This document shows, in pieces, positions 10,668 to 20,375 of a stretch of DNA of 64,000 nucleotides. Made by a program: the position numbers and the translations under genes. A model generated the notes under the pieces. The model saw only the letters and a list, made by a program, of their open reading frames with translations, had not been told where the DNA came from and made no database searches. The stretch's first letter is position 1. Each line of letters starts with the position of its first letter. The stretch comes from an uncultured Actinomycetota bacterium (GTDB taxonomy: Bacteria > Actinomycetota > Actinomycetes > JAFAQI01), in NCBI GenBank assembly GCA_963770565.1, contig CAVYQE010000011.1, positions 896,001 to 960,000 of the forward strand. Reading direction: 5' to 3'.

Positions 10668-12485
10668 TCAGACCACCGCACGAGCCGGGCGATGCATCGG
10701 CCGCAGCCCACGCCGGTCGTCGAACGGCCGGGCCGCTTCGCGGCCGGCTTCGGCCGCGGCCAGCCACTCCTGCAGACCGCCCGCGCCGTTCGCGGGGGAG
10801 CACCAGGTGCCGTCGAGGGAGACCAGGCGGGCGCCCGGCCCGGCCAGCCAGGCCAGGATGTGCTCCATTTCTTCTGCGCTCGCCGCAGCCAGGGGCCCGA
10901 TCCCCGCGGTGACCACTTCGGCGGTCGACACCAGCGCCTCGACGTACGGCATCGCGCGGACCCCGGCCGGGACCGCCGACGCAGCGGCCAGTCGGCCGAA
11001 CCGTACGACGGCCAGGTCCCACCCGCCGGCGAATCCCGGGCGCGCGGCGACGAGCTGCGGGCAGGCGGACAGTGCGGTCAGCCGCTGCATCCGGCCCGAG
11101 ATCCGGACGAACGCGCTGGCCCGATCGCGGTGCGCAGCGGCCTCCTCGTAGCGCTCCTGTGCGCTCAGAGTGGCCATCCGGCGCCGGGCCGCGTCGAGCA
11201 ACGGCCGGGCGTCGCCGCTCATCAGCTCCCGCGCTGCTGCGGCGGTCGGGGCGTAGTCGTCGCGGCTGACCGCGCCCTCGCAGGGTGCGGCGCAGCGCCC
11301 CATCCCGGCCAGCACGCAGGCGGCGCTCGGGCGGCTCGGCGCGATCCGCTGCGTGCACTGGCGCAGCGGGACCGTCTCGTAGATCGCCGCCATCGCGGCC
11401 TGGGCGGTCTTCATCGAGCCGAACGGGCCGAGGTAGGTCGCGCCGTCGTCGCACACCCGGCGGACCAGGGCGAGTCGCGGGAACGGCTCGGCGGTGAGCT
11501 TGAGCCAGGCGGCGCGCTCGGGGAAGCGCGACCGGCGGTTGTAGCGCGGCTTGTGCTCGGCGATCAGGCGCAGCTCGCGGACCTCGGCTTCGAGCGGATG
11601 GGCGCAGGCGATCGCGTCGACCCGCTCGGCGATCCCGACCATCTCGGCCATCCGGGTCCGCGGCTCCGAGGCCAGGAAGTAGTTGCCGGACCCGGGCGCG
11701 GACGTGGCGGCTGCGTGCCGATGTAGAGCGGCTGCCCGCGATGGTCGCGGAAGATGTAGACGCCGGGCCCGTCGGGCAGCCCGTCGGCGAGGTGGCGCTT
11801 GCGTCGCTGCGCGGCGGTCGCCAGCCCGTTGAACGACACCAGCTCCTCGTAGGTGCCGACTCCCAGATTGCCGACCCGCTCGAGCAGCCCATGGAGGACG
11901 TCGGTTGTCGCACGGGCGTCGGCAAGGGCGCGGTGGCAGGGCGGGGTGGTGGCACGAAACAGCCTGGCCAAGGTCGCGAGCTTGCAGTTCGGGGCCTCGT
12001 CGCGGGTCAGCACCCGCCGGGCCAGCCTGGCGGTGTCGACGGAGTCGAAGCCCGGCCAGTCGAGCCCGAGCGTGGCCGCGCCGGCGCGCAGGAAGCCGAG
12101 GTCGAACGGCGCGTTGTGGGCCACCAGCACCGCGCCCCTTGGCGCACTCGAGGAACGCCGGGAGTACGGCGGGAAGGGCCGGCGCGGTTGCCACCATGGC
12201 GTCGGTGATCCCGGTCAGCACCGCGATGAACGGCGGAACACTGCACATCGGGTTGACCAGGGTCTGGAACTCGCCGAGCCGCTCACCGCCGCGGACCTTG
12301 ACCGCGCCGATCTCGGTAATTGCGGACAGCGCGGGCGAGCCGCCGGTGGTCTCGAGGTCGACGACCACGAAGGTCACCTCGGCGAGCGGCACGCCGAGCT
12401 CGTCGAAGGTGCCCTGGAGCGCGATCGTATGGCCGCGGGCCGGCCGGTCGGCCGACTCGCCGGTCGCGACCAGGCCCGCTGTCAT
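10668..12485 (-). CDS. DEDD (DnaQ-like) exonuclease fused to GIY-YIG/UvrC-like domain; three apparent +1 frameshifts
   Basis: [32 protein letters not shown] and UVR-like YEEAAAHRD spread over three frames; shifts near 12137, 11713 and 11688. Confidence 0.9.
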   Translation of the reverse strand: MTAGLVATGESADRPARGHTIALQGTFDELGVPLAEVTFVVVDLETTGGSPALSAITEIGAVKVRGGERLGEFQTLVNPMCSVPPFIAVLTGITDAMVATAPALPAVLPAFLECAKGRGAGGPQRAVRPRLPARRRGHARARLAGLRLRRHRQAGPAGADPRRGPELQARDLGQAVSCHHPALPPRPCRRPCDNRRPPWAARAGRQSGSRHLRGAGVVQRAGDRRAATQAPPRRRAARRARRLHLPRPSRAAALHRHAAATSAPGSGNYFLASEPRTRMAEMVGIAERVDAIACAHPLEAEVRELRLIAEHKPRYNRRSRFPERAAWLKLTAEPFPRLALVRRVCDDGATYLGPFGSMKTAQAAMAAIYETVPLRQCTQRIAPSRPSAACVLAGMGRCAAPCEGAVSRDDYAPTAAAARELMSGDARPLLDAARRRMATLSAQERYEEAAAHRDRASAFVRISGRMQRLTALSACPQLVAARPGFAGGWDLAVVRFGRLAAASAVPAGVRAMPYVEALVSTAEVVTAGIGPLAAASAEEMEHILAWLAGPGARLVSLDGTWCSPANGAGGLQEWLAAAEAGREAARPFDDRRGLRPMHRPARAVV

Positions 12486-12492
12486 AGCCGTC

Positions 12493-12514
12493 ACGGTAGG
12501 AGCGGTCCCCGACA
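12493..12514 (-). promoter_or_regulatory. PafBC-type (RecA-NDp) promoter for the DEDD exonuclease gene
   Basis: Minus strand TGTCGG-ggaccgctcc-TACCGT = TGTCGG-N10-TANNNT, 7 nt before the ATG. Confidence 0.85.
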
Positions 12515-12567
12515 AGTTCCGGGCAACGCGCCGCGACCGGTCGACCGGCGGCTCGGGTGAGATTTGT

Positions 12568-12589
12568 TGTCGGACCCTCGCTTTAGCGT
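12568..12589 (+). promoter_or_regulatory. PafBC-type (RecA-NDp) promoter for the small Cys-rich protein gene
   Basis: TGTCGG-accctcgctt-TAGCGT. Confidence 0.8.
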
Positions 12590-12614
12590 CATGGGCAGTG
12601 ACGGAGGAGGCGAG

Positions 12615-12833
12615 ATGATCATCGATTGCGATCGGTGCGAGATGCGCGACGTGGCGTGTGACGACTGTGTGGTCTCGGTGCTGCTCGCGGCGCCGCGGGC
12701 CCGCGAGTCCGGCGACATCGAGTGGGGCGAGGCCGAGTCGGGAGCACTGCGCGCACTCGCCGCCGGAGGGCTGGTGCCGCCGGTGCGGATGCGGCCGAGG
12801 CGGGCGGCAGGCGGCGGTCGCGCGGTCGGGTGA
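12615..12833 (+). CDS. Small Cys-rich putative metal-binding protein
   Basis: MIIDCDRCEMRDVACDDCVVSVLL; GGAGG RBS; sits between the exonuclease and NlpC/P60 genes. Confidence 0.85.
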   Translation: MIIDCDRCEMRDVACDDCVVSVLLAAPRARESGDIEWGEAESGALRALAAGGLVPPVRMRPRRAAGGGRAVG

Positions 12834-12846
12834 GCCGATGGGGTCT

Positions 12847-12869
12847 GTTACGGGTGTGACGCATGTGAA
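12847..12869. promoter_or_regulatory. 9-bp-spaced GTTAC/GTGAC/GTGAA direct repeats (MtrA-like box)
   Basis: gttac-gggt-gtgac-gcat-gtgaa upstream of the riboswitch/NlpC gene; 13-mer shared with position 43543. Confidence 0.55.
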
Positions 12870-12988
12870 AGTCGCTCCGACGCGCCGGAGGCCCGGTTGG
12901 GGGTGCAGGCTTGGCGGTACCCGTAGGACTGGCTAGGGTGGCGTCAGTCGCTGCATCCATCTCCGCCAGCCGGGCGGAGAAGTGGCGG

Positions 12989-13152
12989 CTACCGCCGAGT
13001 CGCGGTCGGGTAACACCGACCAGAGCCGGGGACCCATTCCCCATTGGGGTGAATCGGTCCTCCGCCGGTTCGCTGGCAGCACGCCAGCAGACCGGCAGGG
13101 ACCGTAGGGCGATCTTCCCGCCCGAACCCGTCAGCTGACCCGGTAGGCGGTT
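12989..13152 (+). ncRNA. c-di-AMP (ydaO/yuaA) riboswitch
   Basis: CCGCCGAGTC...GCCGGGGACC...GGGGTGAATC...GTAGGGC...CCCGAACCCGTCAGCTGACCCGGTAGGCGG, directly upstream of a cell-wall hydrolase. Confidence 0.93.
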
Positions 13153-13175
13153 GAGGAAGAAGGAGAGCCGCCCGC

Positions 13176-14246
13176 GTGGCGATGAGTTCTCTTTCGAGTG
13201 GTGGCGCTCGGCCATCCGCTCGCATCAGAAGCCTGCGTCTTCCCGTCCTGGCCTGCGCCGCCGCGGCGATCGCGGCGAGCGTGATCCCGACCGGCGTCGG
13301 TGGCGCGGCTCCGGCCTCGCACCTGTCGCTGCACACCGTGGAGTCGCGGATCTCGGCGCTGAACGCCCGGGCCGAGCGGATCACCGAGGCTTACGACAGC
13401 GCCACCACCCAGCTCGGCGCGTTGCAGCGCAAGGAGCGGGCCACGAACGCCTTGCTGGCGCGTGACCGGGCCCTGCTCGCGAAGGTCGAGCGACGCGTCG
13501 CGGCCGGCGCGGCTGCGGCCTACCGGACCGGCGGTCTCGACCCGACGCTGTCACTGGTGTCCTCCGGCAGCCCGCAGACCTTCCTCGACCAGACCGCCAG
13601 CCTCGACGAGGTGGCCCGCTACGACGCCAGCCAGGTCGCCGAGGCAGACGCCGCGCAGCGCCAGGTCGCCGCGGCCGAGGTGGTCCACAACGCTCAGGTC
13701 GCCCAGCAGAAGGCGACCTTGGCAGCGATCTCGAGCGCACGCACCCAGATCAACGGCTTGCTCAGCCAGCAGAACCAGCTGCTCGACCGGCTCAAGGCCG
13801 CGCAGCGGGCCCGGCTCGCCAACCAGGAGAACGCGCGGGCCACGCACGAGACGTCGCTCCGCCACAGCTACAACCCGCCGCCGTACACCGGCGCGGCGAG
13901 TGGCCGGGCCGCGATCGCGGTGCGGTACGCCTACGCCCAGCTCGGCAAGCCCTACCAGTGGGGTGGCGCCGGCCCGAACAGCTTCGACTGCTCCGGCCTG
14001 ACCATGCGGTCGTGGGGCGCGGCCGGCGTGAGTCTTCCGCACAGTGCGGCCGGCCAGCAGGCCGAGCTTCCACGGGTGTCGCTGTCCGCACTCGAGCCCG
14101 GTGACCTGGTCTTCTTCGGCGATCCGGCCTACCACACCGCGATCTACATCGGCGGCGGCGAGATCATCCAGGCCCCCCACACCGGCGCGGTCGTGGAGAT
14201 CAGCTCGCTGTCCGACATGCCACCGACGAGCGCCGGGCGGCCGTAG
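13176..14246 (+). CDS. NlpC/P60 (C40) peptidoglycan endopeptidase with coiled coil
   Basis: Signal peptide, coiled coil, GKPYQWGG..FDCSGL, PGDLVFF, HTAIY. Confidence 0.95.
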   Translation: MAMSSLSSGGARPSARIRSLRLPVLACAAAAIAASVIPTGVGGAAPASHLSLHTVESRISALNARAERITEAYDSATTQLGALQRKERATNALLARDRALLAKVERRVAAGAAAAYRTGGLDPTLSLVSSGSPQTFLDQTASLDEVARYDASQVAEADAAQRQVAAAEVVHNAQVAQQKATLAAISSARTQINGLLSQQNQLLDRLKAAQRARLANQENARATHETSLRHSYNPPPYTGAASGRAAIAVRYAYAQLGKPYQWGGAGPNSFDCSGLTMRSWGAAGVSLPHSAAGQQAELPRVSLSALEPGDLVFFGDPAYHTAIYIGGGEIIQAPHTGAVVEISSLSDMPPTSAGRP

Positions 14247-14369
14247 CCCGCACGGTTGCGCGCCGCGCCCGAATGGCGGCAATTTGCGTTTGGCTTGTGG
14301 CCGGCGTGGCGGACGAGGCAGACTTCTTGATGGGCGGGACATCCCGGTCCTGATCCGGGAGGTCCGCGC

Positions 14370-15236
14370 GTGCGCCAGTTGGAAGTCGTTGCCGTCAGTG
14401 ATGACGGCACCCAGGTGCTGCTGGCGAGCGCCCAAGGTGCCGCCAAAGCGACCCACGCGGTCCGGATCGACGGCCGGCTGCACGCCGCGGTCCGCGGCAC
14501 GCTGAACGACGCGGATCGGCGCGAGAGCGCACTCTCGCCGAAGGAGATCCAGTCCCGGCTGCGTGCCGGAGATGCGGTCGAGCAGGTCGCCAAGGTCGCC
14601 AACGTGCCGATCGCCCGGGTGATGCGCTACGCCGGCCCGGTGATCTCCGAGCGTGAACGGATCGTCGACCAGGCCCGGGCTGCGGTGTTGCAGCGCCCGC
14701 GCGGTGCCAACGCCGCGGAGACCGCCCCGCTCGGCGTCATGGTCGAGAAGCGGCTGGCCCAGACCCCGGGGCTTCGCACCGAGACGGTGGCCTGGACCGC
14801 CAAGCGCCGTGGTGACGGGGCCTGGGTCGTCGCGCTGACCTACGCGGCGAAGGGCGGGGCGCGGACCGCGTCGTGGCTCTGGCAGCCGGCCAGCCGGGCG
14901 CTGACCTCGCTGAACGCGCTTGCCACTCGCCTCGGTGCCGCCGATGTCGTGCCACCGCCACGCCGTAAGCGGCCCGCCCCGCCGCGCCGATCCACCGTGA
15001 CCCGAACGCCGGCCCGCCAGCCGAGTACGTCGCCCACGCCGCCCGCCGCCGCGACGCCGGTGACGAGGGGGAAGAACGGCCGGGTCGCCGTACCGTCCTG
15101 GTCGGACGTGCTGATCGGCGTCCAGGCGCCGGCCGCGGCGCGGGGCGTCACCGCCAAGTCGCCCGCGAAGACTGCGAAGCGGGTCGCCCCCAAGTCCAGT
15201 GCCAAAGGCGCCGCACGGGGCCGCCCTCGGTCGTGA
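14370..15236 (+). CDS. sepH: Septation protein SepH (DUF3071)
   Basis: LSPKEIQSRLRAG...MRYAGPVISER HTH and C-terminal VPSWSDVLIG. Confidence 0.9.
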   Translation: MRQLEVVAVSDDGTQVLLASAQGAAKATHAVRIDGRLHAAVRGTLNDADRRESALSPKEIQSRLRAGDAVEQVAKVANVPIARVMRYAGPVISERERIVDQARAAVLQRPRGANAAETAPLGVMVEKRLAQTPGLRTETVAWTAKRRGDGAWVVALTYAAKGGARTASWLWQPASRALTSLNALATRLGAADVVPPPRRKRPAPPRRSTVTRTPARQPSTSPTPPAAATPVTRGKNGRVAVPSWSDVLIGVQAPAAARGVTAKSPAKTAKRVAPKSSAKGAARGRPRS

Positions 15237-16585
15237 CCGTGCCGCCGGAGGCACCTCGCGCTCGCCGTGACCTGAGGCCGGTCCTCGCGCTGTTGATCCT
15301 GATGACGTTGGGTGCCAGCCTCGCCACCCTGGTGGTGCGCAGCGGGGATCCCGGCGCCAGCCCGGCCGGGCCCCGGCCGGCCGCAACCGATGTGGCGGCG
15401 GCCCGGCACGAGCCCCGGCTGGTCGCCATTCGCGACCTGCTCGAGGCCCGGTCGACCGCGATCCTGCACCACGACCGGGCCGCGTTCCTGTCGACCGTCG
15501 ACCCGAGCGAGACGGCGTTCTACGCCTCGCAGGCGAAGATGTTCGCCAACCTCGCCAAGGTGAAATTCGCCTCGTGGTCCTACTCCATGAGCCGGCATCC
15601 GGCCAGCTACGACGGCGGCAAGCTGCTCGCCTACAACGCTCCGGCGTGGGCGCCGGCCCGGTTCGCGCTGCGATACCGGATCGCCGGGTTCGATCTGGCG
15701 CCGACCAGGCTGCGCCAGTATCCGACCTTCGTCGAGCGGTCCGGCCTCTGGTTGCTGGCGTCATTCTCGGACTTCGCGAGGCGGGGCCAGGTCTCGGCGA
15801 CCGACCTGTGGGACTACGCGCCGGTGCAGGTCGTGCACCTGGGCAACGTGCTCGTGCTCGGACCCTCCACCGAGCAGGCCACCCTGCTCGACGTGGCGAC
15901 CGAGGCACAGATGGAGATCGCGGCGGTCACCAAGGTGTGGGGGAGCGGCTGGGCGCGCCGGGTAGTCGTCCAGGTGCCGGCCACCCAGCACGAGATGGCG
16001 TTGATCACCGACGATCCCGACGACCTCGACCAGATCGCGGCGCTGACCAGTGCCGAGCTCAGCGACCGGCGCGGGCGGCCCGATCCGGTCGGTGACCGGA
16101 TCACCGTCAACCCCTACGTCTGGCCGAGCCTGAGCGCGCTCGGCACCTCAGTGCTCATGGCGCACGAACTCACCCATATCGCGACCCGGGCGGACACCGG
16201 CGTCCAGACGCCCAGGTGGTTGGAGGAGGGCTTCGCGGACTACGTCGGCTTCCACGCCGTGAAGGTCATCCCGGTGGCGACGTTCGGGGCCGAGCTGGCG
16301 AAGCAGGTGCGAGCCGGCCGGCTGCCGCGCTCGCTGCCGACCGCAGCGAACTTCCGGGGTGGCGCGCGCGGCCTGGCCCGGTCCTACGAGGAGGCCTGGC
16401 TGGCCTGCGGGTACATCGCCCAACGGGCCGGCCAGCCCGGACTCGTCCGCTTCTACCGGTTGGTCGGCCGGTCCCGAAAGCCGACCGGACCTGCCGTGAC
16501 GAGCGCACTGCATCGCGTGCTGCGCCTCACCCCGGTCCGGTTCGTCGCGCGCTGGCGCCACTACGTCGAGAAGCAGCTCGGATGA
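15233..16585 (+). CDS. Exported protein with HExxH metallopeptidase-like motif
   Basis: N-terminal TM; AHELTH...PRWLEEGFADY. Confidence 0.8.
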   Translation: MTVPPEAPRARRDLRPVLALLILMTLGASLATLVVRSGDPGASPAGPRPAATDVAAARHEPRLVAIRDLLEARSTAILHHDRAAFLSTVDPSETAFYASQAKMFANLAKVKFASWSYSMSRHPASYDGGKLLAYNAPAWAPARFALRYRIAGFDLAPTRLRQYPTFVERSGLWLLASFSDFARRGQVSATDLWDYAPVQVVHLGNVLVLGPSTEQATLLDVATEAQMEIAAVTKVWGSGWARRVVVQVPATQHEMALITDDPDDLDQIAALTSAELSDRRGRPDPVGDRITVNPYVWPSLSALGTSVLMAHELTHIATRADTGVQTPRWLEEGFADYVGFHAVKVIPVATFGAELAKQVRAGRLPRSLPTAANFRGGARGLARSYEEAWLACGYIAQRAGQPGLVRFYRLVGRSRKPTGPAVTSALHRVLRLTPVRFVARWRHYVEKQLG

Positions 16586-17730
16586 CCCCGCCGCGCCTGC
16601 TCGTCGTCACCAACGACTTCCCACCCCGGCCGGGCGGGATCCAGTCCTTCGTCCACGGCGTGGTGTCGCGGTTGCCGGCCGACCGGGTCGTGGTGTTGAC
16701 CTCGCGCTGGCGCGACTGGGAAGCCTGGGATCACCGCGCGCCGTTCGAGGTCGTCCGCCACGACACCTCGGTCCTGCTGCCGACCCCCGCGGTACGACGG
16801 CAGGCGACCGCACTGCTTCGCGACCACGGCTGCACCGCGGTGTGGTTCGGTGCCGCCGCGCCGCTGGGCTTGCTCGCGCCGGCCTTGCGCGCGGCCGGTG
16901 CGGACCGGCTGGTCGCGACGACCCACGGCCACGAGGCGGGCTGGGCCCGGTTGCCGGGTGCTCGGTCGCTGCTGCGGCGGATCGCGGCCAACGTCGACGC
17001 GCTGACCTACCTCGGTGACTACACCCGGGCGCCGCTGGCGAAAGCGGTGGCGCCGTACGGTGACCGGCTGCAACGGCTGGTGCCGGCGGTCGATGCCGAG
17101 GTCTTCCGCCCGGACGCCGGCGGGCGGGAGCTGCGCGCGACGCTCGGGCTGGCCGACCGGCCGGTCGTCGTCTGCGTGTCGCGGCTGATGCCGCGCAAGG
17201 GCCAGGACGTGCTGATCAAGGCGCTGCCGGAGATCCGGCGCCGGGTGCCCGACACCGCGATCGTGCTGGTCGGCGGCGGTCCGTCGCGCCGGCGGCTGAC
17301 CCGGCTCGCCGCCGAGTTGGGTGTCACCGAGCACGTGCACTTCACCGGATCGGTCGACCACGACGACCTGCCGGCCTGGTACGGCGCTGGCGACGTGTTC
17401 GCGATGCCCTGCCGAGCCCGGCTGGGCGGTCTTGACGTCGAAGGCCTGGGAATGGTCTTCCTGGAGGCGGCTGCCTGCGGGCTGCCGGTCGTTGCCGGCG
17501 TCTCCGGCGGGTCGGTCGATGCCGTCCTCGACGGCCGGACCGGCAGGCTGGTCGACGGCACCGCCGCCGGTTCGGTCGCGACCGCCGTGGCCGAACTGCT
17601 CGCCGATCCGGCCCGGGCCGCGCAGATGGGGGCCGAAGGCCGGGCTTGGGTCAGCAGCGCCTGGTCGTGGGAGTCCACCGTGGCCGACCTGGTGGCGATG
17701 CTCGGCGGTCAGTCCTTCGATCGGGAGTAG
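16582..17730 (+). CDS. GT4 glycosyltransferase (PimB'-like mannosyltransferase)
   Basis: TNDFPPRPGGIQSF, RLMPRKGQD, EGLGMVFLEA. Confidence 0.92.
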   Translation: MTPPRLLVVTNDFPPRPGGIQSFVHGVVSRLPADRVVVLTSRWRDWEAWDHRAPFEVVRHDTSVLLPTPAVRRQATALLRDHGCTAVWFGAAAPLGLLAPALRAAGADRLVATTHGHEAGWARLPGARSLLRRIAANVDALTYLGDYTRAPLAKAVAPYGDRLQRLVPAVDAEVFRPDAGGRELRATLGLADRPVVVCVSRLMPRKGQDVLIKALPEIRRRVPDTAIVLVGGGPSRRRLTRLAAELGVTEHVHFTGSVDHDDLPAWYGAGDVFAMPCRARLGGLDVEGLGMVFLEAAACGLPVVAGVSGGSVDAVLDGRTGRLVDGTAAGSVATAVAELLADPARAAQMGAEGRAWVSSAWSWESTVADLVAMLGGQSFDRE

Positions 17731-19511
17731 ATCGCCGCGACCTCGTCCGCGTAGTCCTCGAGCACGACGTTCCGCTTGACCTTGAGCGACGGGGTGAGCC
17801 GGCCGTTCTCGACCGTCCAGTCGGCGGAGAGGATCCGGAACGACTTGATCGCCTCGGCCTTCGACACCGCCTTGTTGGCCTCGTCGACGGCCGACTGGAT
17901 CGAGGCCCGCAGGTCGGGGTCGTCGACCAGGTCCGCGACGGTGGCAGTGTCCGGCTTGCCGTGCTCGGCCCGCCAGGCCGGGAAGGCCTCCTCGTCGATC
18001 GTGACGAGTGCGCCGATGAACGGCTTCTGGTCGCCGACGACGAGGCACTGACTGACCAGCGCGTTGGCCCGGAGCCGGTCCTCGAGCACCGCGGGGGCGA
18101 CGTTCTTGCCGCCCGCGGTCACGATCAGCTCCTTCTTCCGCCCGGTGATCGTGAGGTAGCCCTCGGCGTCGAGCTCACCGATGTCGCCGGTCCGGAACCA
18201 GCCGTCGTCGATCGCCTCGTCGGTGGCCTTGACGTTGTTGTAGTAGCCGCCGAAGATGTGGCCGCCCTTGAGCAGGATCTCGCCGTCATCGGCGATCCGG
18301 ACCGTGCAGCCCGGGATCGGCCGGCCGACCGAGCCGACCTTCATCGCGTCCGGGCGGTTGACCGTCGCGCCCGCGGTCGTCTCGGTCAGCCCGTAGCCCT
18401 CGTAGATCGGGATGCCGCAGCCGCGGAAGAAGTGCCCGAGCCGGGCGCCGAGTGGAGCACCGCCGGAGATCGCGCCGCGCGTCTCGCCGCCGAGCGCGGC
18501 CCGCAGCTTGGCGTACACCAGCTTGTCGAAGATCCGGTGCGGCACCTCGTACATGGACCGCTTCAGCACGCCCCCGTCGAGCGCCTTGCTGTACTCGATC
18601 GCCACGTTCTCGGCGAGGTCGAAGACCTTGCCCTTGCCGTCGGCGTGCGCGCGCTGCTTCGCGGTGTTGTAGACCTTCTCGAACACCCGCGGCACCGACA
18701 GTACGAAGGTCGGCTTGAACGCGGCGAGGTCCGGCATCAGGTTCTTGATGTCCGCGGTGTGCCCCATCCGTACGCCGGTTTGCACACACCCGATCTCGAT
18801 CACCCGGGCGAAGACATGGGCGAGCGGCAGGAAGAGCAGCGTCGACTGGTCCTCACCGAACAGCTCGTCGAGGCCTTCGACCGTCGAGGTCGCGTCGAAC
18901 AGGAAGTTGTAGTGGGTGAGCTCGCAACCCTTGGGTCGCCCGGTCGTTCCCGAGGTGTAGATGATCGTCGCCAGGCTGGCCGGCGTGAGGGTGCGCCGGC
19001 GTTGCTCGATCTCGTCGTAGCTGATCCCTTTGCCGGCCGCGACCAGCTCGTCGATCGACCCGCCGTCGATGCTCCAGACGTTGCGAACGTTGCTGAGCGA
19101 GCCGCTGACCTCGTCATAGCTTTTGCGGTGGGAGTCCCCCTCACAGAAGATCGCGACCGCGCCGGAGTCCGAGACGATCCACTGGATCTGCTCGGAGGAG
19201 GAGGTCTCGTAGATCGGCACCGGGACCGCGCCCGCGGTCCAGATCGCGTAGTCGAGCACGGTCCACTCGTAGCGGGTGCTGGACATGATGCAGACCCGCT
19301 CGTTCGGCTGGATGCCCGACGCGATCAGCCCGGCGGCAACCGAGATCACCTCGTCGGCGAACTGCTTGGCCGTCACCGGCTGCCAGGCGCCGTCGATCTT
19401 GCGGTCGAAGATCACCTGGCCGGGCTGTTCGGCGGCCCGCGCGACCACCGTGTCGGTCAGGTTGGCGTCGCCCGGAATCTCGAACTCCGCTGCTACCGAG
19501 AACTCAGCCAC
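17709..19511 (-). CDS. Long-chain fatty acid-CoA ligase (FadD15-like)
   Basis: YTSGTTGRPKG, YEGYGLTET, TGDIG, TPSLKVKR. Confidence 0.95.
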   Translation of the reverse strand: MAEFSVAAEFEIPGDANLTDTVVARAAEQPGQVIFDRKIDGAWQPVTAKQFADEVISVAAGLIASGIQPNERVCIMSSTRYEWTVLDYAIWTAGAVPVPIYETSSSEQIQWIVSDSGAVAIFCEGDSHRKSYDEVSGSLSNVRNVWSIDGGSIDELVAAGKGISYDEIEQRRRTLTPASLATIIYTSGTTGRPKGCELTHYNFLFDATSTVEGLDELFGEDQSTLLFLPLAHVFARVIEIGCVQTGVRMGHTADIKNLMPDLAAFKPTFVLSVPRVFEKVYNTAKQRAHADGKGKVFDLAENVAIEYSKALDGGVLKRSMYEVPHRIFDKLVYAKLRAALGGETRGAISGGAPLGARLGHFFRGCGIPIYEGYGLTETTAGATVNRPDAMKVGSVGRPIPGCTVRIADDGEILLKGGHIFGGYYNNVKATDEAIDDGWFRTGDIGELDAEGYLTITGRKKELIVTAGGKNVAPAVLEDRLRANALVSQCLVVGDQKPFIGALVTIDEEAFPAWRAEHGKPDTATVADLVDDPDLRASIQSAVDEANKAVSKAEAIKSFRILSADWTVENGRLTPSLKVKRNVVLEDYADEVAAIYSRSKD

Positions 19512-19692
19512 GCCGCCCCTCGATCTGGCTCCGGCTGATCGAAGCGCCCCTGTCGGGGCTCCGCCGGCGCCAAGCAGGACACTAGTCGCGATATCCCCTC
19601 AGCGTAAGGGGAACTCTGAGGCCGGCTCACCCGTTCGATCCAGGCCGAGATCGGCCATTCAGTCCAGCGGCGGACCTGCCGAGGATTGCTAG

Positions 19693-20229
19693 GTGAGCGA
19701 TCTTCGATGTCGCGCATGCGGTGCTGCTGTGACGAGTGAGGCGCAGTGGTGCTCGCTGTGCTATGCCGACCTGCGTGAGCCTGCGCCTGTGCGCGAGCGT
19801 GTCGTGGCACCGGTCGCCCCGACCCCCGACGAGGCCCACGTGCCGATGGCGATGGCGGCCCGGAACGGCTCGCCGCTGCCCAGCCCGGCTGGTTCGGACC
19901 ACGCCGGCCTGCTCGATCGGCCCGAGCCCGACGAACCGGGGCCCGTGGCCGAGGCCAAGGAGGGTGCGGCCGACCCGGCCGATCCGGCCGAGGCGAAATG
20001 GCCCTGCCTGGCCTGCGGTGAGCAGGTCCCGCTCTCTTTTGACTCCTGCCCGGCCTGCGGCGCCGGCTTCCTTGCCGGCGCGACGACGACCGCGTCGACC
20101 CGGTTGCCCATGGTGGGCGATATCGGACGGATGTCGCGGACGCAGCGGTTGATGGTGGGCTTCGGCATCGCGGTCGCCGTCATGATCCTGCTGGTCGTGA
20201 TCGCCACGATCTTCGGCCACGTCTTCTAG
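19693..20229 (+). CDS. Hypothetical protein with two zinc-ribbon-like Cys clusters and a C-terminal TM
   Basis: CRAC..CSLC and CLAC..CPAC; hydrophobic C-terminus. Confidence 0.75.
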   Translation: MSDLRCRACGAAVTSEAQWCSLCYADLREPAPVRERVVAPVAPTPDEAHVPMAMAARNGSPLPSPAGSDHAGLLDRPEPDEPGPVAEAKEGAADPADPAEAKWPCLACGEQVPLSFDSCPACGAGFLAGATTTASTRLPMVGDIGRMSRTQRLMVGFGIAVAVMILLVVIATIFGHVF

Positions 20230-20348
20230 CCACACGCGTGGCCCATCGGTGGGGTCATAGCCCCACGCATGGCCCATTGGTGGGGCTCTGGCCACACGCG
20301 TGGCCCATCGGTGGGGTCATAGCCCCACGCATGGCCCATTGGTGGGGC
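20229..20348. repeat. 31-bp repeat element (ABAB, 62-bp higher-order unit), same family as 9067-9180 in reverse orientation
   Basis: GCCACACGCGTGGCCCATCGGTGGGGTCATA and GCCCCACGCATGGCCCATTGGTGGGGCTCTG alternate; unit A recurs at 20229 and 20291. Confidence 0.95.
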
Positions 20349-20375
20349 ACGACCGGGCGTTCGTAGGCTGCCGGA

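Noticed and set aside
11564-12130. Separate 188-aa exonuclease gene, or programmed frameshifting
   Set aside because: It is the middle of the DEDD/UvrC-like gene displaced by +1 insertions; no slippery-site signature
13551-15908. 785-aa minus-strand ORF and other long antisense ORFs (e.g. 6828-8894, 17646-19538, 21130-22737)
   Set aside because: Shadow ORFs of high-GC genes; Arg/Pro/Gly-rich, no motifs, opposite well-supported genes
17709-17730. Convergent 3' gene overlaps (also 44578-44600)
   Set aside because: Short tail-to-tail overlaps are common in high-GC genomes
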